This document shows, one piece after another, positions 9,906-19,592 of a stretch of DNA of 64,000 nt. Both the position numbers and the translations under genes were made by a program. Source of the stretch: a virus. Lineage: Duplodnaviria > Caudoviricetes. Below the pieces are notes generated by a model. The model was not told where the DNA came from, ran no database searches, and was given only the letters and a program-made list of their open reading frames with translations. Position 1 is the stretch's first letter. The number at the start of each line of letters is the position of its first letter. Where the stretch lies: positions 96,001-160,000 of the IMG/VR virus record IMGVR_UViG_3300014205_000170; one strand, written 5' to 3'.

Positions 9906-10144
9906 TTAAAAGAAAATTATTTAAAGGTAGTGTTGGAGGAGAAGAAGTATTTGACAAATTAATAGATGATTTTTTTAAAGAAATAGCAGACAATGAATAT
10001 ACAATAATACACTACAATACTATTGCTTGTGGATATTCAAAAGGATATATTGATAAATTAAGAACAGAAATTATATATAGAGAGAATACTGTAAGAAGAG
10101 TTATTGTAGAAAAAAACAAAAAAGAAAATGAGAATACTTTATAG
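9902..10144 (+). CDS. small paralogue 3, C-terminal RRVIVEK motif
   Basis: C-terminal IIYRENTVRRVIVEKN. Confidence 0.7.
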   Translation: MIKRKLFKGSVGGEEVFDKLIDDFFKEIADNEYTIIHYNTIACGYSKGYIDKLRTEIIYRENTVRRVIVEKNKKENENTL

Positions 10145-10343
10145 ATTGTTAATGTGTTTATTGTATGTTGGTGTATTTTTGTCAATAATTATGGAACCTG
10201 TGATTTTTATATTTCTTTGGATTTTAACAGGAAAAGATAATTTAACAGGTTCTATAGTGGATTACATTTTAAAAAAGGAAGATGAGTGGTTTGGATGTAA
10301 AATAGTTCGACAAATTTTAATAGAAAAAACAATATACAAATGA
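10128..10343 (+). CDS. small membrane protein, C-terminal RQILIEK motif
   Basis: Hydrophobic N-terminal half; motif at 10308-10328. Confidence 0.6.
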   Translation: MRILYRLLMCLLYVGVFLSIIMEPVIFIFLWILTGKDNLTGSIVDYILKKEDEWFGCKIVRQILIEKTIYK

Positions 10344-11095
10344 AGCAAAGAACATTAAAAATAAGACTTGGTGATGATGACCCAACACCAATTAAATTGA
10401 ACGAGAAAGAGCATAAAACATATGTTAAAGCAGTTCAAAACTTATCGTTGGCATTAAATACTCTTGGTGGTTCTCTGTACGAAAAAGGAGAAGGGGTTCA
10501 AAATACAGCAAATACTATATGTGCTTCTTTGGATTTATATGCTGCAGATATTCAAAAAATTCTTAAATATGATTCAAAACTATTAAGAGATAAAGAAGAA
10601 CGTTATAAAGAAATTCGTGAACTAAATCAAGAAAACAGAGAATTACGAGAAGAAATTGGCAAAGCGGTAACAAACGACCATTTAAGAGAAAAGCTTAAAT
10701 GCATGGTTAAAACAATTGAAAATTGGTGGAACGATAATCACTTAGGTTATAGTGAAGTTAAATTTTATGGAAGTATTATTCATGTCGAGTTTAAAGTTGC
10801 AATGTACATTCACCTTGATTTAAACACTGCTGCTGAACAAGAAGAATTTATTAAAAAACATTCTTCTGAACTAGGGTTAAAATTAGCTCCTGTTAATCCT
10901 AATCGTTATGAAACACGTCCAGATTTAATCGATAATGAACATAACAAAAAAATCATTGATAAGTTGGTTAAAGCTAGATTTCCATCTGCGAAAATTGATA
11001 CAATTCAAATTCGTTATACAGAAAATGATATGGGTGAAGCAACCTCAAGAATTTTAAGTTTTAGTTATTATCTAAGAAATTACGATGAAGTCTAA
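10340..11095 (+). CDS. hypothetical phage protein with coiled coil
   Basis: 251 aa ORF; ERYKEIRELNQENRELREEIG helix. Confidence 0.65.
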   Translation: MKQRTLKIRLGDDDPTPIKLNEKEHKTYVKAVQNLSLALNTLGGSLYEKGEGVQNTANTICASLDLYAADIQKILKYDSKLLRDKEERYKEIRELNQENRELREEIGKAVTNDHLREKLKCMVKTIENWWNDNHLGYSEVKFYGSIIHVEFKVAMYIHLDLNTAAEQEEFIKKHSSELGLKLAPVNPNRYETRPDLIDNEHNKKIIDKLVKARFPSAKIDTIQIRYTENDMGEATSRILSFSYYLRNYDEV

Positions 11096-11501
11096 ACAGG
11101 TTATAGTTTTAAGAAAAGATTTAAAAAATGCAAAGGGCGAAAAAGTTCGGTCTGGTAAATTGTGTAGTCAAGCTGCGCATGCTTCTCTAAAAGTTATTAT
11201 TGATTTAATGCGCCAGAATGAAGATGCAGTGCAAACACAATTAATATTAGACATTAAAAAAGACTCTGCTTTGAATGATTGGATAAAAGGACATTATACT
11301 AAAATATCTGTAAGCGTTAATTCAGAAGCTGAATTATTACAAATATACAATACCGCAAAAGAAAGTGGTTTAATTTGTTCTTTAATTACAGATGCTGGCT
11401 TTACTGAATTTGAAGGGATTCCGACACTAACAGCTGTTGCAATAGGTCCAGCTTGGGAAAATGAAGTTGATGCAATTACCGGAAAACTACCTTTATTATA
11501 A
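11085..11501 (+). CDS. pth2: peptidyl-tRNA hydrolase, Pth2 type
   Basis: KQVIVLRKDL, GKLCSQAAHAS, ITDAGFTEF, TAVAIGP, ITGKLPLL. Confidence 0.9.
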   Translation: MKSKQVIVLRKDLKNAKGEKVRSGKLCSQAAHASLKVIIDLMRQNEDAVQTQLILDIKKDSALNDWIKGHYTKISVSVNSEAELLQIYNTAKESGLICSLITDAGFTEFEGIPTLTAVAIGPAWENEVDAITGKLPLL

Positions 11502-11520
11502 AAAAATAACTCAAAACAAA

Positions 11521-12198
11521 ATGCAAGAATTAATTACAAAAAAACTCGAAGAATTAACATCTAATGGAAAATTAGATGAAATCATAACTAAAGAAATCAC
11601 TGCTGCCTTACAAGATACAGCTAGAGAAGCTTTGCGTTCTTACGGCGAAGTAGGAAAAGCATTAGAAGAAAAATTAAAAAAAGAACTCTTATCTAATATT
11701 GCAGGTTTGGATTTTACGCAATACGCGAAAACAATGACTGATTTGATGGAGTCTAGTTTAAATAAAAGTATTATTGAATATGGTATTGAGCCTGCAAAAG
11801 AAATGATTAACAGATTTGTTGGGCAGTTAGAAAAGAAAGAATGGAAATTATCAGAAGTAATAGAAAAATTCAAAGAAAGCTTTGTTAATGAAGATGACCG
11901 TGATGAATCAGGAGTTATTTCCCTTGTTGTAAAACCAAGTAGTTACGGTTCTGTTTGGATTGGATTTGACGAAAAAGAAGGACAAAACTCAGATTACAAT
12001 TGTAAATACAGACTGTCCGTTGATGATAAGACAAACAGAATGTGGTATTTTACAAATGATAAAGAAAAAATCACACCATTGACTGAATCTAATTTGACTG
12101 GATTTGATTTCTTCTTATTTAAATTATATGCTTGTCAGTGTACTTTAATATTAGATGAGGAAGAGTGTGATTTAGAATGGTCTACTTATAATAATTAA
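11521..12198 (+). CDS. hypothetical phage protein
   Basis: ATG at 11521 after the Pth2 stop. Confidence 0.65.
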   Translation: MQELITKKLEELTSNGKLDEIITKEITAALQDTAREALRSYGEVGKALEEKLKKELLSNIAGLDFTQYAKTMTDLMESSLNKSIIEYGIEPAKEMINRFVGQLEKKEWKLSEVIEKFKESFVNEDDRDESGVISLVVKPSSYGSVWIGFDEKEGQNSDYNCKYRLSVDDKTNRMWYFTNDKEKITPLTESNLTGFDFFLFKLYACQCTLILDEEECDLEWSTYNN

Positions 12199-12210
12199 AA
12201 AACAACAATT

Positions 12211-12789
12211 ATGGAAACTATGACATCAGGAGTTGCTCTTTCAAAAGAAGCTATTAGTATTTTAAATTCTCAAGAATTAAAGAATATAGAAGCATTCGCT
12301 ATTAAAGTCCATCATGATACAAATCATTATTATGATGATTACCTTCCTTATGAATTTCATTTAAGGATGGTGGTAAAGGCAGCTAAGGATTTTATTTACT
12401 TAATTCCGGTAGATAAGGTATTCACTGTAATAGCAGCAGCGTTTTTACATGATGCTATTGAAGATGCACGACAAAATTACAATAGCATTAAGAAAGCTAC
12501 CAATATTGACGTAGCTGAAATTGTTCGTGCTGTTACAAATTATGGTCGCGGAAGAGATAGAAACGAGAGAATGCCAGATTCTATTTATGAAGATATTTGT
12601 AAAGTTCCTTTTGCAACATTTGTGAAATTATGTGATAGAATTGCAAACGTTCAATATTCTAAAATGACAGGCAGCGATATGTTTAATAAGTACAAAAAAG
12701 AGCATACTCACTTTAAAGAAAAACTATATGTTCAAGGCGAGAACGAACCTCTTTGGGATTACTTAGATACATTATTCAAACAAGATTAA
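12211..12789 (+). CDS. HD-domain phosphohydrolase (RelA/SpoT-HD, Mesh1-like)
   Basis: PYEFHL..V, AAFLHDAIED, VKLCDRIAN. Confidence 0.8.
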   Translation: METMTSGVALSKEAISILNSQELKNIEAFAIKVHHDTNHYYDDYLPYEFHLRMVVKAAKDFIYLIPVDKVFTVIAAAFLHDAIEDARQNYNSIKKATNIDVAEIVRAVTNYGRGRDRNERMPDSIYEDICKVPFATFVKLCDRIANVQYSKMTGSDMFNKYKKEHTHFKEKLYVQGENEPLWDYLDTLFKQD

Positions 12790-12976
12790 GATGAGATTTA
12801 TAGTAATATTTTTTTCTCTTTTTGTTATGAGATTTTTGTTTCTTCCAATGGATGTGCCTGGAAAATTTAGTTTTCCTTATCATATTTTTATGGGATTGTT
12901 TGTTGGAATGACAGCAATATTATTAGACAACAATTGGGATAAAATAAAAAATAAATTTAAAAAGACAAAATAACAT

Positions 12977-13642
12977 ATGGGATACAGCACAAGTTTTACT
13001 GGACAATTATCATTTACTAAAGAATTAAAAGCAAGCGAATTAGCTGAGTTAAGAAAATTTTTAGAAGAAGATTGTAGAGACCATCCAGAATGGAAAGCCA
13101 CACATCTGTCTTATATTGACTTACAATTAACTAAGGATTTCACAGGAATTGAATGGAATGGTGCAGAAAAAACATATGACCTTGTAGAAAAAATTAATGT
13201 TGTTATAGAACAAATGCGTAAAAGATTTCCAGATTTTGAATTAACCGGTACTTTATTGGCGCAAGGCGAAGAAATTGGAGATGTTTGGAAACTTGTTATA
13301 GAAAACAATGAAGCTGTTGAAAGAAAAATTGACTTAAGTCATAAAAAGAAAATTAAATGTCCACATTGTGAGGAAGAATTTTTCTTAGAGGACACAGAAG
13401 ATGATATTAAGGATTCAGTGGGGAAAAAATGTGTTTTCCTTTTCTCAGGTTTTAGAAATGAAGAATTATCTTCAAAAGTAATCAATGAAGGTTATGCAAT
13501 AGCAGAAGATTTTTCTAAACAAGTAACACACCTTGTAATGAAAAATGTTTCAGCAGACTCAACAAAAAAGCAAAAAGCTCAAAAACAAGGATGTAAAATT
13601 TGGTCCAAAGAACAACTTGAAGAATTTTTAAATGATAAATAA
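12977..13642 (+). CDS. phage protein with zinc knuckle and C-terminal BRCT domain
   Basis: CPHC; FLFSGFRNEEL...G....FSKQVTHLV......TKKQKAQKQGCKIWS.E BRCT pattern. Confidence 0.65.
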   Translation: MGYSTSFTGQLSFTKELKASELAELRKFLEEDCRDHPEWKATHLSYIDLQLTKDFTGIEWNGAEKTYDLVEKINVVIEQMRKRFPDFELTGTLLAQGEEIGDVWKLVIENNEAVERKIDLSHKKKIKCPHCEEEFFLEDTEDDIKDSVGKKCVFLFSGFRNEELSSKVINEGYAIAEDFSKQVTHLVMKNVSADSTKKQKAQKQGCKIWSKEQLEEFLNDK

Positions 13643-14058
13643 TGAAAGTAACCATTAAAGTAGAAAAAGAAGTTGAAATTACAACATTAAAAGTAAAAGC
13701 CGGTGTGCGTTATTACGAAGATGCGACTGTTGATGGTGTTGAAGATTCAAAAGGAGATTTAATACCATGTAAACAAGGAGAGTTATGGTGCCCTATCATT
13801 GATATAGATAATGGTGTAATAATAAATTGGAAACAAGGAGTAAAAGCCAAAGTACACTATAAAGTTTGTGATGCTGGTAATTATTATCTATTAGATAAAG
13901 ACAACAATATTGTATTGTCACTTGAGGATGGTTATGTACCAAGAATAATGTGTCCTGAAAAAGGTGGTTTTGGTGACTACATTATTATGAATATTGATGA
14001 ACATGGTAAAATAGCTAATTGGAATCCAGATATAAAAGATTTTACTAATGAAGATTAA
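13642..14058 (+). CDS. conserved hypothetical phage protein
   Basis: VRYYEDATV.G, W.P.IDID.G.I.NW, KVCD.G.Y, GDYIIM.I...G.I.NW pattern. Confidence 0.65.
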   Translation: MKVTIKVEKEVEITTLKVKAGVRYYEDATVDGVEDSKGDLIPCKQGELWCPIIDIDNGVIINWKQGVKAKVHYKVCDAGNYYLLDKDNNIVLSLEDGYVPRIMCPEKGGFGDYIIMNIDEHGKIANWNPDIKDFTNED

Positions 14059-14067
14059 AATATAATT

Positions 14068-14571
14068 ATGGGAATAGATACAAATATACATATTGGTCCT
14101 TTTATGATTGTAAAAGGGACAATAACTTTCGAATCAGAAGAATCTGTTGAAACATGTTCAAATGAAAAATGCATAAATTTTGTCAAGAACAAACAACTTG
14201 CACAAGGTTTTTGTCCTAAATGTGGTTCACCAGTTGCAGAAAGAAAATATACTGACTCGGAAGAACTTGATGCAAGTGATTTGGTTTATCACGAAAAATA
14301 TTATAATAATTTTGAAGATAAATTGGTGTGGACAGACCCAATGGGTTGTGATAATGGAGTTTTCATTACTAATCAAAATATGCCAAGCGAAATTGATGTA
14401 GAAAATTTTGATTCAGAAAATTCTTTCGCTATTGACCTTACTAAAACAGATTTTGATAAACAAATTAATTGGTTTAGTGAACATTACAAAAAGCAAATAG
14501 ATATTTTAAAAAAGGAATTTGGTGAAGAATCTATTGAGATAAAATGTGGTATAGTTCAATGGTTTTCATAA
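14068..14571 (+). CDS. zinc-ribbon hypothetical protein
   Basis: C..C and FCPKCGS motifs. Confidence 0.6.
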   Translation: MGIDTNIHIGPFMIVKGTITFESEESVETCSNEKCINFVKNKQLAQGFCPKCGSPVAERKYTDSEELDASDLVYHEKYYNNFEDKLVWTDPMGCDNGVFITNQNMPSEIDVENFDSENSFAIDLTKTDFDKQINWFSEHYKKQIDILKKEFGEESIEIKCGIVQWFS

Positions 14572-14792
14572 TGAGTCGAGCAACAAGAATAATGTTAATA
14601 GAAAAGCATTTTGACATAACTCCTCGTTTTTCTTTTACTCATCGTGGAATAAAAGAAGCAGGAATATTTATTAGAGAAATAGGTGGCATTGAACAAATGT
14701 ATGAAACTTGGCCACCTTGGTTTAATCCAACTGTACTAGGTATAATTCATAGAGCAAATAACTTTTGGGAAAGATTAAAAAACAATGAATAA
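14571..14792 (+). CDS. small protein, N-terminal RIMLIEK motif
   Basis: ATG 14571 overlaps the previous stop; begins MSRATRIMLIEKH. Confidence 0.6.
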   Translation: MSRATRIMLIEKHFDITPRFSFTHRGIKEAGIFIREIGGIEQMYETWPPWFNPTVLGIIHRANNFWERLKNNE

Positions 14793-14804
14793 CAACTAAA
14801 CTAA

Positions 14805-15266
14805 ATGGAAGCACTAGATAAAATAGAAACAGTACTTGAACATATTCAAAATGTTCAAAAAAATTGCTATAAATTAGGTTTAAAACTAATTAAAATGGGT
14901 GAAATTGAGCTAGGTAGAAACTTAATAGCCAATGGTCAAATCCATGATAATAGTAAATTTAAGGGTATTGAATTTAAACACTTATTTCATGGCGACCCAA
15001 TTTTAAAAGATGCTATTGAGCACCACAGAGCAATTAATCCACATCATCCTGAATTTTGGGGCGACTCTATTCATAAAATGCCAGAATTGTATTTAATTGA
15101 GTTTGTTTGTGATACAACAGCTCGTTCTCAGGAGTTTGGTACTGATATACGGACCTGGCTTAAAGAAGATGCAACAAAGAAATATAAATTCAAAGTTGAT
15201 GATGAAGTTTGGAAAAGAATAATTTATTATTTAGATTTGTTGTTATCACCACCATTTCAAAAATAA
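14805..15266 (+). CDS. HD-like protein (DUF5662-like)
   Basis: HI..V, HDNSK, HHRAINPHHPEFW, MP...LIEFVCD. Confidence 0.65.
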   Translation: MEALDKIETVLEHIQNVQKNCYKLGLKLIKMGEIELGRNLIANGQIHDNSKFKGIEFKHLFHGDPILKDAIEHHRAINPHHPEFWGDSIHKMPELYLIEFVCDTTARSQEFGTDIRTWLKEDATKKYKFKVDDEVWKRIIYYLDLLLSPPFQK

Positions 15267-15669
15267 TAACTCATGAAAATTCTCTCTGAAATAAATCAAC
15301 ATCGTTCTATAAAGGGATATTTGTTTTGGACTGCTGCTTGTGGTTGTGCCACTTTTATAGCGATTCAAGATGCTTGTAATGAAAATAAATTATATTGGAT
15401 AGTGGTTCCAATTGTTGCAATAGCTTTTCTCTTTAATCTTGGAGGATTAATTATAAAATTAAAAAACATACAAATATATGACAACGGAGCAAAGAAAAAA
15501 ATTAATCGAAGAAGGCAAAGACGATTTAGTTCGTTCTTATGATTTATTGAAAACTGGCTATGCCGGCATTAACCAAAAAGGAAACATTGTAGATAGACGT
15601 TATGTACGTAATGCTATACCAATTCCTCAAAATGAAATGTTTGATACACCAGCGCCAAAAAAAGTTTAA

Positions 15670-16671
15670 ATGAACAAAGAATTATTAGATTACATTCAAA
15701 AACTTTCTAAAAACGATAAAAAGACTTTATCTCAAAAAGCGTTAAAAGTATCTGAGGAGTGTGGTGAATTAGCAAAAGTAATTTTGCCTTACGACAATGC
15801 TGCTGGTACAACACACCGTTTTATTGAAAGTGAAAAGATTTTAGAAGAATCTGTTGATATTATTTTAACTGCTATTTCTATGGCTTACGAACTAGGTTAT
15901 TCACATGATGAAGTAGAAGAAATGATGTGGGCTAAAGCAGAAAAATGGCATGGCATTCAAACTAAAGAAGAAAAAGTCGACTATCCTATACCTTATGAAA
16001 TTCATATTACTATAGATTTAACTGATGCCTTAAATCATGAGTATTACAAAAAACATAACTTAGGATGGGAACATGCTGTAATAGATTTTAAAGAAAAATG
16101 TGAAGTTGCCAATGTAAAACCAATAATTCTTGATTTAGAGAATGATGGGGAAACAGTTATGAAAGATGTTATGACTTCTTCAAAACACTTTGGAAATAAC
16201 ACAAGTGCATATGAGGAATGTAATCGAATTGCTAAATTTTTTGAAGTTCGTAACTTTAAAGTTTTACGTAAAAAAATAGAAACAGTACCTTGGCATCCGG
16301 CTGCTCCTGTTGTGAAAGATGATAAAATGCCAAAAAATTGTTATTTTGAATCTCATATCAATTGTGTGATTAAAGAAGAAGAAAAACAAAATCTTAATAT
16401 AATTGCACAACTTCATGATGCTCACTTGTCTAAAAATTTCTTTAAAAAACTAGAAAATGGTAAGTTTGTCAATATGATTACGTATAGAAAACATAATGGA
16501 ACTTACAATGAATTCCTTCAAAATATTGAACATTTAAAAGAAACATTAAAAAATAAGAATATTCACTTTGAAAAAATTATAACTGAATTTTCTATATATG
16601 ATACTAAAGTAAGTCATGATTTTTTATGGTTAACAAAAAATAAAAATGAACAAACCGAGATACACCATTAA
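15670..16671 (+). CDS. MazG-like NTP pyrophosphohydrolase fused to a second domain
   Basis: LKVSEECGELA ... EESVD N-terminal MazG motif; C-terminal YEIHIT/RKKIE/YFESH domain. Confidence 0.7.
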   Translation: MNKELLDYIQKLSKNDKKTLSQKALKVSEECGELAKVILPYDNAAGTTHRFIESEKILEESVDIILTAISMAYELGYSHDEVEEMMWAKAEKWHGIQTKEEKVDYPIPYEIHITIDLTDALNHEYYKKHNLGWEHAVIDFKEKCEVANVKPIILDLENDGETVMKDVMTSSKHFGNNTSAYEECNRIAKFFEVRNFKVLRKKIETVPWHPAAPVVKDDKMPKNCYFESHINCVIKEEEKQNLNIIAQLHDAHLSKNFFKKLENGKFVNMITYRKHNGTYNEFLQNIEHLKETLKNKNIHFEKIITEFSIYDTKVSHDFLWLTKNKNEQTEIHH

Positions 16672-16978
16672 GGGAACGTATAAACAAAAATATGAAAGCC
16701 CATTAAATTTTAGACAGTGGGATGTTATTTTGAATAGAAAAACAGGAATTGTATTATTGCAGTTTTCTGGAGAAAATTTACAAACAAAATGGCATTTAAC
16801 TCCACAAAATCCTGATTTAAAAAAAATCATTTCATTTCACAATGAAAAGGAATGGGAAACTTTAAAAGAAAAATGCAAAGCAATTTTAAAAATTCAAAAA
16901 GAAAAATTTCCAATTCAACACGAGGAGCAACAAAATATAGCAGAAACAGAAAAGAATTTTTTGTTAACTAAAGTTTAA
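16646..16978 (+). CDS. hypothetical protein
   Basis: ORF in the gene run. Confidence 0.5.
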   Translation: MNKPRYTIKGTYKQKYESPLNFRQWDVILNRKTGIVLLQFSGENLQTKWHLTPQNPDLKKIISFHNEKEWETLKEKCKAILKIQKEKFPIQHEEQQNIAETEKNFLLTKV

Positions 16979-16979
16979 T

Positions 16980-17384
16980 ATGGCAAAACACAACAGTACC
17001 GCTTATGGAGAATGTCCTAAACATAAAGGACAAAGTATGCTTAATTGTTCGGAATGTAGTATAGAAAATTTTGATTTTATGAAAAACATAAAATTCAAAG
17101 GTGATTGGAAAAAACTAGACATGACGAAAGTTTTTGAGGAAGAGAAAAAGCGTAAAGAAAAAGAGAAAAAACGTCTTGAAAAAGAAAATAAAATAGAAGA
17201 AAAAAGAATAACAGATATTAAATGTCCGTGTTGTAAAAGCACAAAAAAACAACCGGTTAATATTTCAGTTAGAAATGGTCCTTTAGTTGTTGGAGGACAT
17301 AATTCTATAAATAAATTGGCTTCCTATATTGTATGTCAAGATTGCGGTGTAATGTATGTAGATTTACACAAAAAAGGAGTTTAA
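16980..17384 (+). CDS. zinc-finger hypothetical protein
   Basis: CPKH..CSEC and CPCC...CQDCG. Confidence 0.55.
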   Translation: MAKHNSTAYGECPKHKGQSMLNCSECSIENFDFMKNIKFKGDWKKLDMTKVFEEEKKRKEKEKKRLEKENKIEEKRITDIKCPCCKSTKKQPVNISVRNGPLVVGGHNSINKLASYIVCQDCGVMYVDLHKKGV

Positions 17385-17391
17385 GTTAATT

Positions 17392-17419
17392 GAAACTATT
17401 AAGGAGGTTCTTCGTTTAA
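17392..17419 (+). promoter_or_regulatory. ECF-sigma-type promoter GAAAC-N16-CGTTTAA
   Basis: Intergenic, 6 nt before the LeuRS ATG. Confidence 0.75.
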
Positions 17420-17425
17420 TCCTAT

Positions 17426-18700
17426 ATGTTAAATTCTTCTATGTATATAGCTGTCATGTTCCCATATCCAAGCGGAGCAGGTTTGCACGTTGGTCATTAC
17501 TATAACTATTCAGTTATCGACTCGTATTGTCGTTACAAAAAATATTTACAAGTTCCTGTTTTTCAACCTTTTGGGTATGACAGCCATGGTCTTCCTGCAG
17601 AAAATTTTGCAAAATCAGTAGGAAGAGACCCAAAAGATGTGACGTATGAAAACATTGAAAATTTTCGAAGTCAAATGTTAAAAATGAACACTGGCTTTAA
17701 AGAGCTTTTAATCACTTCAGACGCATCTTATGTAAAATGGACTCAATGGTTGTTTTTACAATTAAAAGAGCGTGGGTTAGCCTATAAAAAGACTGGCTTA
17801 GTAAATTGGGACCCAATTGACCAAACAGTATTAGCAAACGAACAAGTAAAAAACGGTATTGCAGATAGAAGTGGCGCTAAAGTAGAACAGCGCGAAATGG
17901 AACAATGGTATTTTAAAATTACCGATTATAAAGACCGGTTGATAAAAAACTTGGATACAATCGATTATCCAAAATCTACCATAAATGCTCAAAGAGCTTG
18001 GTTGGAGAATTTACATGATTGGTGTGTATCTCGTCAACGTAAATGGGGATGTCCTATTCCTGTTGATGGCGAAACGGATACGTTGGATACTTTTGTGGAT
18101 AGCAGTTTCTATTTTATACGTTATTGTGACCCAACTAATGAAAATGAATTATGTGCTAAGAATAAGTATAAACCGGTTGATTTGTATGTAGGTGGTCCCG
18201 AACATGCTTGTATGCATTTGATTTATGCCAGATTCATCAATATGTTCTTGTATGACATTGGAATTGTTTCCCAAGAAGAACCTTTTAATAAAGTAATTCA
18301 CCAAGGAATGATTTTGAATGAAGGGCAGAAAATGTCAAAATCAAAAGGCAATGTTGTCAATCCTGATAGTTATGACTCAGATGAATTAAGATTTTATTTA
18401 ATGTTCATTGGACATTATTTTGATGGTGGAAGCTGGTCCGATAAAAACATATCCGGAATAAAAAGATTTATTAATCGCATGAAGGAATGGATGAGTCGTT
18501 CTGGAGAAGAAACTATTGACTTAACCACCTTCAAAAAACAAATATTCGATTATACAGAAGCTTTCAAGTTTAATAAAGTTGTAAGTTCATTTATGATTTT
18601 TTTAAATGATAATAAAGCTAAAAACGTAACTCCTGAATGTAGAGAAGAAATTATTTCTTTGCTTGAAATCTATATGCCAGGAATTAAAAATAAATTATAA
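17426..18700 (+). CDS. leuS: minimal leucyl-tRNA synthetase lacking the CP1 editing domain (424 aa)
   Basis: MFPYPSGAGLHVGH, GYDSHGLPAEN, TVLANEQV, DWCVSRQRKWG, DTLDTFVDSS, GGPEHACMHLIYARF, KMSKSKGN. Confidence 0.9.
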   Translation: MLNSSMYIAVMFPYPSGAGLHVGHYYNYSVIDSYCRYKKYLQVPVFQPFGYDSHGLPAENFAKSVGRDPKDVTYENIENFRSQMLKMNTGFKELLITSDASYVKWTQWLFLQLKERGLAYKKTGLVNWDPIDQTVLANEQVKNGIADRSGAKVEQREMEQWYFKITDYKDRLIKNLDTIDYPKSTINAQRAWLENLHDWCVSRQRKWGCPIPVDGETDTLDTFVDSSFYFIRYCDPTNENELCAKNKYKPVDLYVGGPEHACMHLIYARFINMFLYDIGIVSQEEPFNKVIHQGMILNEGQKMSKSKGNVVNPDSYDSDELRFYLMFIGHYFDGGSWSDKNISGIKRFINRMKEWMSRSGEETIDLTTFKKQIFDYTEAFKFNKVVSSFMIFLNDNKAKNVTPECREEIISLLEIYMPGIKNKL

Positions 18701-18701
18701 G

Positions 18702-19073
18702 ATGGGGTATTCAATTGATTTAATAGACAGAGAAAAATCTATAGATGAAAAAACTGTAGATAAAATTATCAAGAAATTACCTAAACGATTGTTGGGTCAT
18801 TTTGGAGGTTCTAAAGAACAATGGGGATGGTCACTAAGAACAGACCTAAAATTAGATGAAAATAAAAATGGAATTAAATATTTAAGTGTATCAGGTTCTT
18901 TTGGTGGGTCCGGTGAATGGGCATTAGATATGGTTGTGGCACTACAACAACTCCTGCAAAGAGAAGGACATAAAATAGAAATTTTCTCTACTGATTTTGG
19001 TTTTTGTAATAAGAAGTTATATACTTGGCTCGGATACAGTGCTAAAGAATTAAAAGATGAAGAAAGTTTTTAA
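18702..19073 (+). CDS. hypothetical protein
   Basis: ATG at 18702 just after the LeuRS stop. Confidence 0.6.
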   Translation: MGYSIDLIDREKSIDEKTVDKIIKKLPKRLLGHFGGSKEQWGWSLRTDLKLDENKNGIKYLSVSGSFGGSGEWALDMVVALQQLLQREGHKIEIFSTDFGFCNKKLYTWLGYSAKELKDEESF

Positions 19074-19592
19074 ATGAAAAAATTTAATTCTAAAGATTAT
19101 TGTATTTTTAAAATTAGATATTATGCTAGTGACTACCTTTTGAAAAAATGGCGAGAAGGTGCAGCTCAACCAAAGCAACATTATTATAGAGCAGAACAAT
19201 TAACTAAATTCAAATGGGAGTTAATCAAAAAAATAACCGGAAGAACACATAATTACTATTGGAAATTATATATGGTCGAAACAACTGAGTGTGTTTTTGA
19301 TGAATTAGTTGAATTTCATAATGTTCTAACACTTGATAATGAAAAGTATTTTCTTTTATTAATACCTGTAAAAAAGAAAAAATTAATAGAATGGGTAAAA
19401 GAAAATGTAAAATTACCATATATAATTTTAAACAAAACACGTTCTTATTTTTATTTTGAAAGGTTAAAACATAATGTTTCAAACAACGGAAGAAGAGAAA
19501 GAGCAAAACAATTTTCAGAAAAGAGATTATTAAAATGGTTTAAAGAAGATAATACGAGAAAATTATTAATTGAAAAACACCATAATGGATAA
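19074..19592 (+). CDS. hypothetical protein, C-terminal RKLLIEK motif
   Basis: Motif at 19557-19577. Confidence 0.6.
   Translation: MKKFNSKDYCIFKIRYYASDYLLKKWREGAAQPKQHYYRAEQLTKFKWELIKKITGRTHNYYWKLYMVETTECVFDELVEFHNVLTLDNEKYFLLLIPVKKKKLIEWVKENVKLPYIILNKTRSYFYFERLKHNVSNNGRRERAKQFSEKRLLKWFKEDNTRKLLIEKHHNG

Noticed and set aside
17401-17408. AAGGAGGT as a Shine-Dalgarno site for leuS
   Set aside because: It lies in the spacer of the ECF-type promoter, 17 nt from the ATG and upstream of the predicted TSS, and SD motifs are otherwise absent.
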